Shown piece by piece: positions 24,927 to 38,266 of a stretch of 64,000 bases of DNA. Source of the DNA: Amoebophrya sp. A120 (taxonomy: Eukaryota; Protista; Dinoflagellata); the NCBI GenBank assembly GCA_905178155.1, contig CAJINV010000004.1:6972358-7036357 (forward strand), written 5' to 3'. Positions within the stretch are counted from its first letter, which is position 1, and every line of letters begins with the position of its first letter. The notes beneath the pieces were generated by a model. It was given only the letters and a program-made list of their open reading frames with translations. It searched no databases and was not told where the DNA came from. A program made the translations under genes and the position numbers.

Positions 24927-27900
24927 CTACTTAGCTCCCTTTATTTTCATCTCGGTTGGGGCCAGACGGTCGCTCGCCCGCGATTTCCGGTCCTCGCGGG
25001 CCTTCGCGCGCTCCATCTCCGCCTGCGATTTTGGTAGTTCCGGCGCTGAAACTACTACCGCGGATTTCTTCTGCACAGCCGGCTTCGGCGAGGCTTTTTT
25101 CGACACCGCGGCTGCCGGCGCCCCAGCTTGGGCCCGCGCCGCTCCGGCGTTGTCCAACTCCCGTTGGATAGCCTCGGGCGAAAAGGCCGCGTCGACCTCC
25201 CGTTTCGGGATGGGCCGCTGCGGCATCGGCACTGCCAAATCCGGTGATAGCACTTGCGCATTGTGAAACCGCTCGTCCAGCGAGAGACCTGACAAGGGCT
25301 CGTTGGTGGTGGTGGGAAGCTGTAGTAGAAACTCATCGTTGATCAGGATGTTATTGTTCTTGCTCTGCTTTGCAGAGGACATCAGAGCAGCCCGACTCGC
25401 CGCGGAAGTTGTACTTCCTTTCGACAGCTGCACAAGGTTGTTGTAATTCAGCGCTGCTCGTCCACCTGTAGTCGCTGTCGCTTCCACAGCCGCCGCCGCC
25501 GCGGCGCCGAGAATCTCAGCCGCGGTAGGGACTTCTGCTATCAAGCAAAAAAGTGTTAACGTTAAACGGTTTTGGGGCATTGCACTCATGCATGACAGAT
25601 TTTCGCTATCGTGTATGCTATGCAATACAAATTTGGTCATCGTTTATCGTGCATTCCTGCATGCCAAATTCCGTTAACGTTAACACTTTTCGCTGTGATA
25701 TCTACTGCGGGAGAGTCTTCATCTTCTACTGCCTCATCGGGTTTTCCAATATTTTCGCCTCCTTTATCATTATCTCCACCCTTAACCACAACCTTTTGCT
25801 TTTGCTCACTGCTGCGGACGCGCACTTTCTCCAGCTCTCGCAACAAAATCTGTTCGGTTTGAAACTTGGCAATCAGCGTGGCGTCGCGGCTGGGTGAGGG
25901 TGAAGCAGCGCTGTTCTTGTGGGAAAGCTTGCTTGTTGTCGTCGTCGTCGTCATCGCTGCTCTCAGGGTTGAGGAATGCGCTCCCGGCATACCCGAAGTT
26001 ATAGAACGCCCGACCCCAGCAGCTGCAGCTCCAGCTGTAGGTACAACTACCAAAGGGCTCCTGCTGCGACTACTTCTCCCTCTCCCACTGTCGTTGATTT
26101 GACTCGTCAAAGCTCCGGCTTGCAGAAGCCGCTGGTGCTCCGCGGTGAAGGCTTCTTTGACCGTCGGCGAGTTGTACTTCTCCAACTCCTGCTGGAATTG
26201 CACTGCCGTTTTCTGTATGAACTGCAAAAGTATCGTACTCGTAGAAATGCATTACAAATTTCCTCAGCATGAGAAATAAAATTTGTAATGCTGATTTAAC
26301 TTGAGAAAAAGAGTTGTAATGCATGATTGCAATACGAATACGATACTTTTGCACGGGATATTCTGCATCTGCCGCATCTTGTGGTCAGTCAGGTCCAGCA
26401 ACAACTATCAAATGTAAAAATGTCTGGGTCTGGAAGATTCTGACACTTGTCACGCACGTTTTGCATGAGCCATGATGTCTGTGATGCATCCCCTAGCAAT
26501 AAAGATTTTTTGAGGGCTTCTTGATGCGTATTCCGCATGACAAATGCCTTCTCAGCGTAGCAAAAACTGCCTTTCTTTTGGTACTCATGCAATACAGATT
26601 TTTTTAGAATCCAAAATCAGCATGACAAGCCGGATTCTTCCAGACCCAGACATTTTTACATTTGATAACAACGCGGGCGAGCCGACGCGCAGATTCCGCA
26701 TGCGCTCGTTATCCGGCGACCGGTGTGCGTAGGGGGCGGGGGAGGCACCACGACGGCCTGCTCCTGTTGTAGTTGATGTTCTGCTGCGTGGTGGTCGGGC
26801 CGCCGGGTCGAAGTCATAAGAAGTGCTGTCTCGTCCACCATCTCCGAGAGGGTAGAATGCGCTGTCGTATTCCTTTTCCAGTTCTAGCATTTCCAGTTCC
26901 AGCTTCAGACGCTCCCTGTCACCATTTCTACTGCTTGGCGAGTTCATATTTGAAGATGCCGTGAGTAGTCGCTTTTCCTGTGCGATCATCTGTCGCCGCT
27001 GGAAATCAAGGAAATCTTTTCTCGAGGCCGCCTGCTCGGCGAAGAGGTAACGTGGACCGTACTTCCGGTTGCGAATGGCGTTGGTTTCTATGGGGAGGGG
27101 GAGTTGTGCAGTATTTAGCCGAGCCGCGGAAGATGATGATGTCAGATTTGTCGGCGACGACGAGGCTGCTGCTGTAACTGTAGCAGCAGTTCTAGTTTTT
27201 GATGGGCGCAGCAGGAGTTCCGAGCTCTTCGTTCTCACCTGCAACGCCGCTTGCAGGGCCTCGTGTTCCAGAAGTAGCTTCCGCTGCAAAGCGGAGAAGC
27301 GCTCCCGCTGCTCCGCAATAGCTTTTTCCAGTACGTTGGACGGAAGGGTCAGCGTGTTGCCGCGCAGCGTCGTAGAGGACGGAAGCTGTTGTACTACTGC
27401 GTTAAGACCCCCGCCCATCATGTTCACCATCCCCGGAGGACTGTTGCTCCGATGCAGCCTGGTGCCGAGCCCACCCCCAACTCCCACTCCTCGCAACAGC
27501 ACCGGCGGGGACAGGGACGAAACCCCGACCTCTGGCGCAGCACGCAAAAGCTGCTCCCGTGGCGTGGTCCTCGCGCTTCCCCCTGCAGCTCCACCCAAAA
27601 GACCTGCCGGACTTGCGGACCGCGATCGCTTGTGCACGATTTCCACGTTGGTAGGGGATCGAAGTTGCTTCAACTTCTGCGAAATTTCGTAGGCCCTTTC
27701 GATCAAATCCGATTCCTGCAACAATTTCTCCAAATCCAAAACCGCCGAAGATGTTGTGTTGATATTCAGCGGAACAGGTTTCCGCAACCCGGTGAGCAAC
27801 ATCCCCGCTAGCGGGGAAGTCGGGGCGGTTAGCGCAGTAGTCAGGTTCGCAGAAGGCGATACCGGGGGCGAGGTGTCGGATTTGAACTGGAAGTGGTTGC

Positions 27901-30900
27901 CGCGGAGCGTGGTCACCACCTCGCGGTTCAGCTGATCCAGCATGTCGTGCGTCCTTTCTCGCATGTAGTCGTCCATCGTGGGCGAATATCCTGTGCAAAA
28001 GTATCGTGCTCGTAGTAATTGCAATTATGAATTACAAATCTACATCCCAAGGTAAAACAGCATGACAAATTTCATTTGTCATGCTGAAGTAATTTGTAAT
28101 GCAATTACTACTAGTACGATGCTTTTGCATTGCATAGCAAATCTTCCGGCACAATGATCTCCAACGGCTGTTCGCTGGGCGGATCCGCGTAGTTCAGCAT
28201 GTCTAGCGTTGGTGGTGCCGGAGGATTTGTGTTATGCATTGCAAAAGGAAAAGTATCGCACTCGTACAAATGCATTACAAATTTCCCCAGCATGAGAAAT
28301 AGAATTTGTAATGCAGATTTGCCTTGGAGACAAGATTTGTAATGCAAGACTTGCATTTGTACGAGTACGATACTTTTGCACAGGATATGTGTAGTGCGCG
28401 GGTAATTCCTTAGACTCCTTCCGCGGCGTCGCGTGCCAGTTGCGGGAGTCATGGAGCGCTTCGGCATATCAAATGCAAATATGTCTGGGTCTGGAAAAGT
28501 GTAAACTTGTCATGCAGATTTTTCATGACCCATGAGATCTCGAATGCGAGACCTAGCATGACAGACATTCTGTGAGATCCCTATCATGCATATCCTGCAT
28601 GAGAGACTCCCTTCCAACTTGGTCACAAGTGGACAGCTTTTGGCACTCATGCAACACAGATTTTTGCATGCTTCAGATTTACCATGACAAGTTCCAACCG
28701 TCCAGACCCAGACATTTTTACATTTGATACGGCACCATACACGCCCATGATTTGCGCCAGCTCCGCTTCCGTCATGTGCTTCACATCCGGATCGGTTAAA
28801 TGGTGAACGTGGTGCTCGCTTGCAGTTTGCAGCTGCTGTAGTTGTAGCTGTGGCATCAAGCCCGATTTCGTCTCCTCATCCGCGTCGTCAACATCCACCG
28901 CGGCTCTTACCGTAGCCGGGTCTTCGCAAGCGTCGCACGGCGCGAGTTGCAGTAAATCGTTGACGAAGCCCTGCACCTCGTTCGGCAAACCCAACTGCGC
29001 CATAATACCACCGCCGCCTTGCCCTTGCTGGTTTCCAGGCGAAGAAGAGGACCCACCTCCATCCGCGGACAGGCTAGACTCGCTCCTTCGTTTCTTCTTC
29101 TTCGGGGGTTTCATGGGGGGCGCGGTGTGGAGTCCCGGGTGAAGGAGCGTGTCGCGGTGGTGATCCGGTAAAGCGTCCAGAATTTTCTTCGCCTTGCTAT
29201 CCCCGTGCTTCCCGGTTTTCAGGTGGTTCTTCATGTGCTCAAAATGGTCCTCGGAAACGTTGCCGTCCTGTTGGTCCTGATCCTGTTCGTAATTTTCGTA
29301 GTCTTGGTTCTCGTAGTAGTAAGGATCATTTGGATGTTCTTCCTCGACGTCTATTTGGTCAGCCGTGTATTCCTGTTCCACGACCGGGGTGGGCGGCATG
29401 AACAGAAAGATCTCCTGCTCTTCCGGTTCCTGCTTTTCCTCTTGCATAAGCGTTTTCTCCCCATCTACTTGTTGTTCATGATCCAGTGGTGTTTTTTCCC
29501 GTGCATTCCTTCTGCTGTTCCGTGCGTTTTTTCGTTTGCTCTTCTCATCCATTTGGTCTTGCTGTGCCTGCGCGCTCTCGCTCTCTTCTCCGTAGTACAG
29601 AAACAGGTTATTTTTGACGCTGGGAGACAGTGAAGAAGGGGAGGAGAGAAGGGAGGAGGGAGAATCGTCGTCGTGGTCTTCGTCTTCTCCTTCCGCCAAA
29701 GCGACCTCTACTTGCTGCGATGAAAAATCATCAGCAACTGCCCCTTGTTGCCCTTGAGCAGTCACAGCTTCTGTTGCAGCTGCACTCAGATGCACTTGCC
29801 CCGCACTACTGTCCCTCGAAGAGCCACGCCTCGTGAGGCTCAGCGCCGACGTAGTCGAAGAAGATTGTTCTACTCCTACTTCTTCTGCCGAAGAAGACTT
29901 CTTTGAATCGTTATTCAGCACAAGAACGGAGGAACTTTTCGAGTGCGCAGTAGAATTCGCGAAGTGGCGAGAACTTGATCGCGAACAGCAAGCAGAGACG
30001 CTGTAATTCGAAGCCGCAAGAAAATAATCGTGACTCAATTGCCGTACTGACGCACAGGAAGCATCCAGATTGTCGAGTGCATTGAGGAGAAGCTCATCGT
30101 GTGTTGATCTGTCTTGCAGGCCGACATCAACATGCACTTCATCTTCTACTTGAAGATCATCTGGAAGATCATCGTTTGCAGTTTTAATCCCGGCCCCGAA
30201 ATCCAAACTTGTTTTGGAGCGGGAGGTGTTATTCGACAAGAACTGCTGCTTCGCGGCTTGTTCCAAACCGTCATTCTCCTCGTCCGAGTAGTTGTCCGTC
30301 GGGGTTTCTTGGTAATACAGCAGGTACGGCGAGGCCGAGGGCGGCTTGGGCTTACTACTTGTACTTGTTTTTGCACCAGATCCACCAGACGTTGATGTTG
30401 CAGTTGTCCCTGCTTTGGTTGCTACAAGGTTCGAATTTCTACTTCGTCTTTTCGGTCCAGCTTGTCCACCTACACCTCGAACAGCAGTGCTGCGAGAAGT
30501 CGTGGCCCTCGTCCCATGATGTGGGCTAGTACTCCTTCGTCCGGCGCCCATCGGAGAGGAGATCGTTGCGATGCCGCCCTTCTTATGCATCACGACGTTG
30601 TCTACTTCATGCTGTTCGTCACGCCGTTCGTTACGACCTACAACCTGGTCGTCCTGAAGACCCCTTTCTACTTTCCGGGGATCATAATTCCTCCGAACTA
30701 CAACAGAATTCTCGAAGTAACTCCGGCTCGACCCGCTCGACGTGGGGCTGCGCAACTGCAATTTGGACAAGTTCTGTACGAACCTTCGACTTTCCTCGGA
30801 CGCGGACCGCGGACGGTAGAGCGACCCGTTGCTAGACACGCTGCGACTGCGGTTCGAGTAGGACACCGGGGAGTAGAACTGAATCGGCCGGAAATACTTC

Positions 30901-33900
30901 TGCGATTTCGCCTCCACAGTTGTGTTGGTTGCGTTTGCTGCCGCAGAACCAGAAGCATTTTTATCACCCCCTTCATTCATCTCGTCTGCATTGAAGCTCG
31001 TGATGCTGTTTCGCTTCGAGGTGCGCCTTGCATCTTCTGATGCGTCGTCGTCCGCGACCCCGGCCGCAGCTGCTCCTTGCTCTTCCGCAACTTCTGCTGT
31101 GCCGCTTCCCTCCTTTCGGACTTTCATTTGCTGCAACGGGCTCGTAGTACTGTTGCCACTATCATCGCCTCCTCTCAGACCGTTTGCGAACTTTCTTGCC
31201 GTCGGATTGCCCCCAGCCCGCACCACCTTCGGGTGGGGCGCGTTCCGGGCCCGCTCGTTCCGCTTTTCCTCCGCTTCTGCGTGCTTTGCCGCCCGTCTCG
31301 CCAACGACTCTCCCGGCGTGTAGCTGCGGGGGCGCAGGCGGCGCGGGAGGGGTAGGTCCCGGCTCGGGTCGGTTAAGCGTCCCTGGTAGCTGCGGCCGCG
31401 CGGGTCGCGCGACAGGCTCTCCTCCTCGCTGTCCTTCGAGCGCGCGGCCTGTGCCAACATCTGGGCGACATGGGTTTGCTGGCTGGTTTCCACCTGATCG
31501 AGGAGCCCCGCGACCTCTTTCATGGCCAAGAGGAATTTGTAATTTTCCTCCTCCGGAGACGAGTCCAAGCGAGTCTCCGCAGCGCCTCCAGAGGGGCTGC
31601 GACTCCGGCTTTTACTGTACAATGACGCAGGACCACCACGACCGCGGTTATTTTTGGTTCTTTCCGCAAGAGCAGCTGGAGCTGCGCCGCCGGGAGACTT
31701 GCTGCGATTTTGTTGTTGTGCGGATGTAGTAGTTTCTGTTGCAGCAGGAAGATTCGCTTCTTGGCTTTCGGTTCTCTGGTCATCTTGTTCGGCAACTGAA
31801 GCTGATGTCAACGCCAAAACGCCGTTCACGACTGTTTCACTGTCCTTCAGTGCGCGTCTTTGGGACGAAGCATTGGCAGGCTTCTTACTAGCACCAGAAG
31901 ATGACATCAGCAGATTCCTGCGGTTCCGGCCCCGGCCCCGCGCTGGCTGCTGCTGCTGCTGCTGTTCCATTGTCGGAAGTGACTGCTCTAATCCCTGAAT
32001 CTTACCGCTCCCTCGCAAGTTCTGAAAGTACTTCTCCACCTCGATCTGCTTTAGCCCCGCAGCGGCTCGAGAAGGTGGTCCACCAGAAGTCGAAATATCT
32101 TCCTCCTCCCTCTCCTCCTGTAAGACGGACCCCGATTCGAGCAGGAATTTCTGTCGTCTCAGCGCTTCTTCCAGTTTTCGAATCCGCTGGAGACTGCCGT
32201 TCCGCACGGCGCGAGGCTGCACCTCGCACACCCCGATGAAATTTTCTTTTTGAACGAAGGCTTGCTTCATAATTATTGGCGGCTGCAGGCTATTCGCCAT
32301 AGAAGTTGTACTGCCAGCACTTGTATCAAATGCCAAAGTGTCTGGGTCTGGATCTGGAAGATGATTGCCAGGTTTGTCATGCAGAGTTTCCATGATCCAT
32401 GTCGTCTGGAATGCAGGACCTAGCATGACAGGTTGTTCTGCGAGATCCGTATCATGCCTATCATGCATGAGAAACTTCCTCTCAACTTGGTCAAAAGTGG
32501 ACGGCTTGTGGCACTCATGCAACACAGATTTCATTTTTATTTTGCATGATCCAGAATTAGCATTACAAGTTGCAACCTTCCAGACCCAGATAAAGACATT
32601 TTTGCAATGCATAACTTGCTGCTGCCAAATCAATTACCTGTCGGCGCACGAGCTCCGGACTGTTGGACCGGGCCTGGGCCGCCAGGGTAGTTCTCGTTAT
32701 CCTGAGTAAAAACGTACCCACACCAGAGTCAAGGTGGTAAATCTGCTAGACAAATTAACCAGCTTTGGCTGTTTCGCATGACAAGTTTGTCCTTGTAATG
32801 TAATCCTGTTTAGGTGGTTCAGCAGCATCACAGGTCTAGCATATCATGCTGATTATAGCATCACAAATCCCGAAACACGATCAGAAAATGCCTTTCATGG
32901 GGCTCAGCATGAGAAACTTTTTTGGCATGCAGATTTGCATTACAACTCTGGTGTGGGTACGTTTTTACTCAGGATACTCGTCGTGGGCTTGTTAATTTCA
33001 CCAAAAGGAGCCGCACCCGCTGTTGTACCTCCGGGGGTCGCTACCTCTGTCCTGAGAAGTTTGCTCGGAGACCGTTCTTGTTGACCAATCTGATTCTGAA
33101 CATCAACACCCTCATCTGCTGGCGCTGCTGCATTATCTTGTTCCACAGTACTAGTACCGGCTTGATGTTGCGACGTCCTGCTCACGACGCTTCGCACTTC
33201 GTCTTCGTTGACGATCCCTTTTGCCAAGTCCCGCATCTTCTCTAGGTCATCCACCACGTTCCCGACCTGCGATTGCCGTACCTGCCGCCAGTTTTTCTGA
33301 AACACTTGAAACTTCCGAAGGTCCTCTCGATCCCGGTCGCGCCGCTCCTTCGTCAAACTCAGCGAGCTTTTCTGAAAGGTCTTGGATCCGACAAACGCCC
33401 CAGCGTCGTACTTGTTCGCTTCCCGTCGCAGCAGCCAGGTGGTGGTCGGTCGATTCACTGTCAACTGCCCGCGCTTGTTGACGAATTTTTGATTCACGTT
33501 CGTGTTGGTCAGCATCGGCGCGCGGGTCCGATCGACCAGCGTGCGTGTGGTGGACTGCGGTGTTTGCTGCAGGGTTAGTGTCGTCACGATCGGAGGTGCC
33601 GACTTCTTTACCGATTTCGGAGAAGAACTGTTCTTAATATTTCCATCAAGACCCAGTCCACCGTCCTCTCGGGCACTGCTTTCTGCAGAAGAGGGGCTAG
33701 TGCTTTCCGCATCCTGTGCACTCGTCCACGGTAAATGCCCGCCCAACGCCATCATCTTTCGTTTCTGCGATTCGCTACGCTGTTGCGCAGCGGACAGAAA
33801 GAGCTCTCGCTTGTCGCGATAGGGCTGTTCCTCCTGAAACGGCCGGCCAAAAAGCAGGGGACCTGAAGATTTAGCACTACTAGTACCTTTCAAGAAGGCA

Positions 33901-36900
33901 CGATAGCGGGGATCTGTAGTTTCCTCTTCGTCGATTATCCCCAACTCGACGGTTGTGGCAGCACCTGCTGTCGCGGTCATCCGGGTCGCTGTGTCCACGT
34001 CGGTATCCGTGTTCGTGTTCACGTTCATCACGCTAATGTCTTCATCAGCTAAGTTATAATTCACCGCAGAATATCAAGTGTAAAAATGTCTGGGTCTGGA
34101 AGAATTCATGTTTGTCATGCTTGTCTGGCATGACTCTTAAATCTGTCATGCACGTCATCCAAGAGCTCCGCTTTTCGTTTTCTGTGATGCAGAAGCGCAG
34201 TTTGTCATGCAGAATAGGCAACACCTAGGAGCTCAGAAACTTGTCATGCTGAGCCAGCATTTTGATTTTTAGCCTCATCATGAGACGCCACCCAGCATCA
34301 CAAGTTTCCAGACCCAGACATTTTTACATTTGATACGGAAACCTCTGCCGCCGCCTGTTTCAACAATTTCTCCTCTTCATTCAGGGTCCTTCTCCGCGGA
34401 TCAGCTTTAATATTTGTACTCAACGCAGCCAACTCCGCGGACAACTCTTTATCCAGGTCCGCGTCACCGGTAGTCGTGAGTTGTGCCTGATCTGTAGTAA
34501 TTCGGAGGTCTGTTATTGCCGCAGAATTATCTCCATCAGCGGCAGCGAGGCGAGGAGACATTGCCATGCTAGAACCAGGTTTAGTATTACCGTCTGCTGA
34601 CACTTCTGCTGTTCCTTTTGTACTATTATTTATTTCCGCGTCTCTGTCCTCCTTCAAGTGGTCGATGCTCCTCTCAAAAAGCAGTTCCATGTGGTCCACA
34701 ATTTGGAAAAACCGGTTATCAAATGCAAAAAAGTCTGGGTCTGGAAGGATGCGCAATTTGGCATGCTGATCTGGCATGGCCCTTAAATCTGTATTGCGTG
34801 GCCACAAACAGCCTCTCTCGCCTGTCATGCAAAAATGCAGTTTCTCATGCGGAATACGCAGCACAGAAGCACGAAGCAACTTGTCATGCTTGGCGGCGCA
34901 TTACAGTGCATTTGTATATTGACTGACTTGCATCACAAGTTTCCAGACCCAGACATTTTTGCATTTCATACCGGTCCATGTGCTGCAGGGTTTCCTTCTT
35001 TCGCTATCGTAAGGAAAAATCCCCCCTCCCCATATTGAAAACGTATCCGTCTGAGAATTTGTGATGCGCATTTGTTACTTCAAGTCCTGTCTGTTTTGCA
35101 AGAAGGCAAGTCCAGAGAGCGCCCCGCATTTTGCAGGCGGTTTGTGATGCTGTTGGGCTTAGGGCGTACACGTTTGCCATGCTAGGCGCCTACGTCAAAA
35201 CCTCGCGACTGAGGCTTGACATATGCCTGCAGTCCTCTACTGCAAGACAAATCTGACTTCTGTACGGAAATCCAGCATCAGAAACTTCGTTTCGATATGG
35301 GGAGGGGGGATTTTTCCTTTTGATATCCGCGCCAGCCGCTGTTGCTGCGTGAGAATGGCGTGCTGGGTGTTTTCAGCGACGGTCACATCTTTCACATCCG
35401 TGCTGTACCGCTGCCGGTCCTTCGTCAACGGGATAATCACCGGGGAGTCCATGGACCGGGTTTTGGACTGCGTCAACCGCTTTCGCTGCCTCTTGTTCAT
35501 CGCCCTTGTTTTCGAAGAGGACTTCTCTTCTTCGAGTTTAGAAGAATTTTGATTTTCATCTCCCTCTGCCCCGAGAAGTTCTTGTACAGACCTACTGCGA
35601 CTGCGTCCTCTACTTCGTCCGCGGGGGGCGAAGAAAGAACTTGATGCTCCTCGTCCTCCTGCAAAACCGCCCTGCGTACTATAATTCTTCCGCGCGGCCC
35701 CAGCTTTTTCTTTCTCCATAGTCGACAGCAAATCGTTCGAAAGCTTATCGAGGTTCAGCTGGGCGCCGCTGGTGCCGGCCTCCTTCGCATCTACTGTCGA
35801 CGCACCGGTTGCACCATCTACTGTGTCTAGTTTGATCGTAGGGACCTCAATGGCCGCGACAGCCACCGGCTTTATTGATGCGACAGGGAGTTGTGCAGCA
35901 ACTCCCGCTTGCTGTGTGCTGGTTGCAAGAACCTGTTCCTGCTGCAATGCACCGAAATCCTGACTGACGGCACTTTGGAACCGCATCGCCTTGTAATTCT
36001 TTGCGGCTTCGGCACTTGTAGAGGTTCCTCCCACGACAGCAGGAGCACCAGCAGCGATCTCTGTTGCTGGTTCCACGAAAGAAGAATCGTGGGGAAGCTC
36101 CGGCTCGGCCAAGTCGTTCTGGTTGGATGCGGCTTGTTGTCCTCCGGCTTGCACGAGCTGCCGGTTCATCTGGGCCGCATTTGTACTGCCAGGTGGAGGA
36201 CCACCTCCTGCAACAATAACTCCCTGCTGGGTGGACTGCTGCTCCTCAACTACGTTCTCTCCTCCAGCAGTGCCTCCCAACAAGTTGGTTCCACCGAAAG
36301 TAAAGTTGTATTGCTGAGCGGATCCGCTTTTGATTATGTTCGTCACGGCACTGGAATTGGTCGCAGCTAAGCTTCCGTACAGGTCGTCTGATGAATTATT
36401 GCCGTAGTTTATTCCAGTAGAAGCTTGAACGAGCTGTTGCCCTCCAGAGGATATTACCTGGTCCGCTCCGAAGTAAGTTTGCTCCTGCTGCACGATGGTT
36501 GACTGGTCTTTCTTATCAAATGTAAAAATGTCTGGGTCTGGAAGGGTTGGAACTTGTGACGCAACCTCTGGAACACACAAAAATTTGTCATGCATGAGCG
36601 CCAAAAGCTGTCCATTTCTTGGCACGCAAGAAGGAAGTTTCTCATGCGGGAGAGGCATCATGAGGCGTGCTCAAAACCTGTGATGCTTTTGCCTGCATCA
36701 GACGCCATTTGCCTTTGCGTGATCCGAAATATGCATGACAAATCTCGCAATCTTCCAGACCCAGACATTTTGACACTTGATATTTCTTCGAGATCGAAAG
36801 ACTGAACAAGACGGGTTTTATTTTGTAGAGTAAGCTATTGCCAGCATTTGGCGTCAGGTTATTGGAATTTCCAGCTGCAGAAGATGAGCCTCCGCCGGCC

Positions 36901-38266
36901 AGGACTTGCTGAATTTCGGCGACCAGCCGCATCTCGGCGGGAATGAAAAAGCAGTTCTGCGCGGTCTTCGGGTTGAACACCAAACGGGAGGAAAAATCGA
37001 TGCGGTAGCACTTGCTGGTCGACGACGTTGTGGCGGCAGGTGAAGTAGGTGTTGCAGCGCCGGCAGTGTCCGCAGGTGAGGACTTCTTCTTGTCCTCCTC
37101 CAGGGAATCCGCATAGATTGCTGTAGATGTAGTGGTGGAGAATCAGATTTATTTCAGGTCGGTGGTTCATTTCTTCATCGGTGATTGATTCTTTGCAAAG
37201 CGACACGAAAAGCACGCAATTAAGCGTCTGTTGACAATCATCATCATCATCATCATGCTGAGAACGAAGTCATGCATACGCATACGGCACGCAGCTGCAG
37301 GTGGTATCTGAATCTGATGGTTGCTTGTATTCCTTCTCGAGATTCACGATATCAAGCAGAAGGTCGTTGAGAAGCCGTACGAATGTGAAATGAAATAACA
37401 ATAGGCACCATTCCAAAAGCATTTGATATACCGAGTGCCCACAGTGCGTTTTGTGCGATCTGTATTTTGCTTTTTCGCGCCGCTCGGTACAGGGGCCGCG
37501 TGGCCTTGTCCTGCTTTGCCGGGTCCGGAGGGAGGTACAAGGTGTCGTCGTTTTTCGAAAACAGCGTCAGCGGATCCTCTATACCAGCGTCGGTGAATTC
37601 GCGCAGGAGAAAGTCCGCAATGCGTAAATACAGCACTTCCTCGCACACTTTGTCGACCAACTTGAGCACGTCCCGACTGGTCACGGGGGCTGGCCCGGTA
37701 GTACGACCGCCTGAAGTTGCTTTATTCAACATCCCAGGTGCATCTTTTCTATTCAGCCTTTCCAGCTGCAGCAAATGCCACAGCGGCAGATCCTCGGTTT
37801 GGGTGGTCAATTGGTGCAGCGCGAAGTTGTTCGCGGTCTGCTTTGCGCCGGTGCTGCCTGCGGTCTTCTGGGTCCGGGTGGACGCACTAGCGGTGGACGG
37901 AAAATATTTGGCCAGGGGTTCGGTGGACCAGAGCGCTGCTGCGTCATCCGCCGCAATGGCTGGCACAGGAGCTGTTGCGCTATCGTCCGACGCCGAAAGG
38001 ATTTTTTCGCCCTTGTTGATGGACCTTTGCAGCGCGTTCATGCCAAACAATCCCCGCTCCGCCTGCAGTGCCTCCTTCGGTGTCGGGCTCTTGGTGCTCG
38101 TCGGCGCGTTTGCTGTACTAGAAGAAGCCCCAACATCAACATCTCCTGCTTTACGAGTTCTTTGCGAAAGGACTTTCTGCAGCACGCCGATGTAGTAGTC
38201 GCGAAAGAGGTCCAGCCCCGCTGCAATCCACTCGGCCTGCGTTTTTTTGCTGCTGGGGGAAGACAT
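24927..38266 (-). CDS. Very large low-complexity hypothetical protein (~3,384 aa) with 12 introners and 1 GT-AG intron (37121-37431)
   Basis: All 13 junctions join neighbouring ORFs in frame; spliced length 10,155 nt is divisible by 3. Confidence 0.72.
25539..25700. mobile_element. Introner family H
   Basis: TIR TATCAAGCAAAAAAGTGTTAACGTTAA / TTAACGTTAACACTTTTCGCTGTGATA; TSD TCTGC/TCTAC. Confidence 0.88.
26216..26360. mobile_element. Introner family B
   Basis: Family-B TIRs; TSD TTCTG. Confidence 0.92.
26406..26667. mobile_element. Introner family A
   Basis: Family-A TIRs; TSD ACAAC. Confidence 0.92.
27987..28136. mobile_element. Introner family B
   Basis: Family-B TIRs, opposite orientation to 26216; TSD GCGAA/GCAAA. 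Confidence 0.9.
28233..28387. mobile_element. Introner family B
   Basis: Family-B TIRs; TSD TGTGT. Confidence 0.92.
28467..28729. mobile_element. Introner family A
   Basis: Family-A TIRs; TSD CGGCA. Confidence 0.92.
32324..32613. mobile_element. Introner family A
   Basis: Family-A TIRs; TSD ACTTG. Confidence 0.92.
32698..32976. mobile_element. Introner family D
   Basis: TIR TATCCTGAGTAAAAACGTACCCACACCAGAGT; TSD CTCGT. Confidence 0.93.
34072..34335. mobile_element. Introner family A
   Basis: Family-A TIRs; TSD CAGAA/CGGAA. Confidence 0.9.
34717..34970. mobile_element. Introner family A
   Basis: Family-A TIRs; TSD CCGGT. Confidence 0.92.
35005..35325. mobile_element. Introner family E
   Basis: Family-E TIRs; TSD TTCGC/TCCGC; paralog of 3708-4035. 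Confidence 0.9.
36514..36782. mobile_element. Introner family A
   Basis: Family-A TIRs; TSD TTTCT. Confidence 0.92.
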
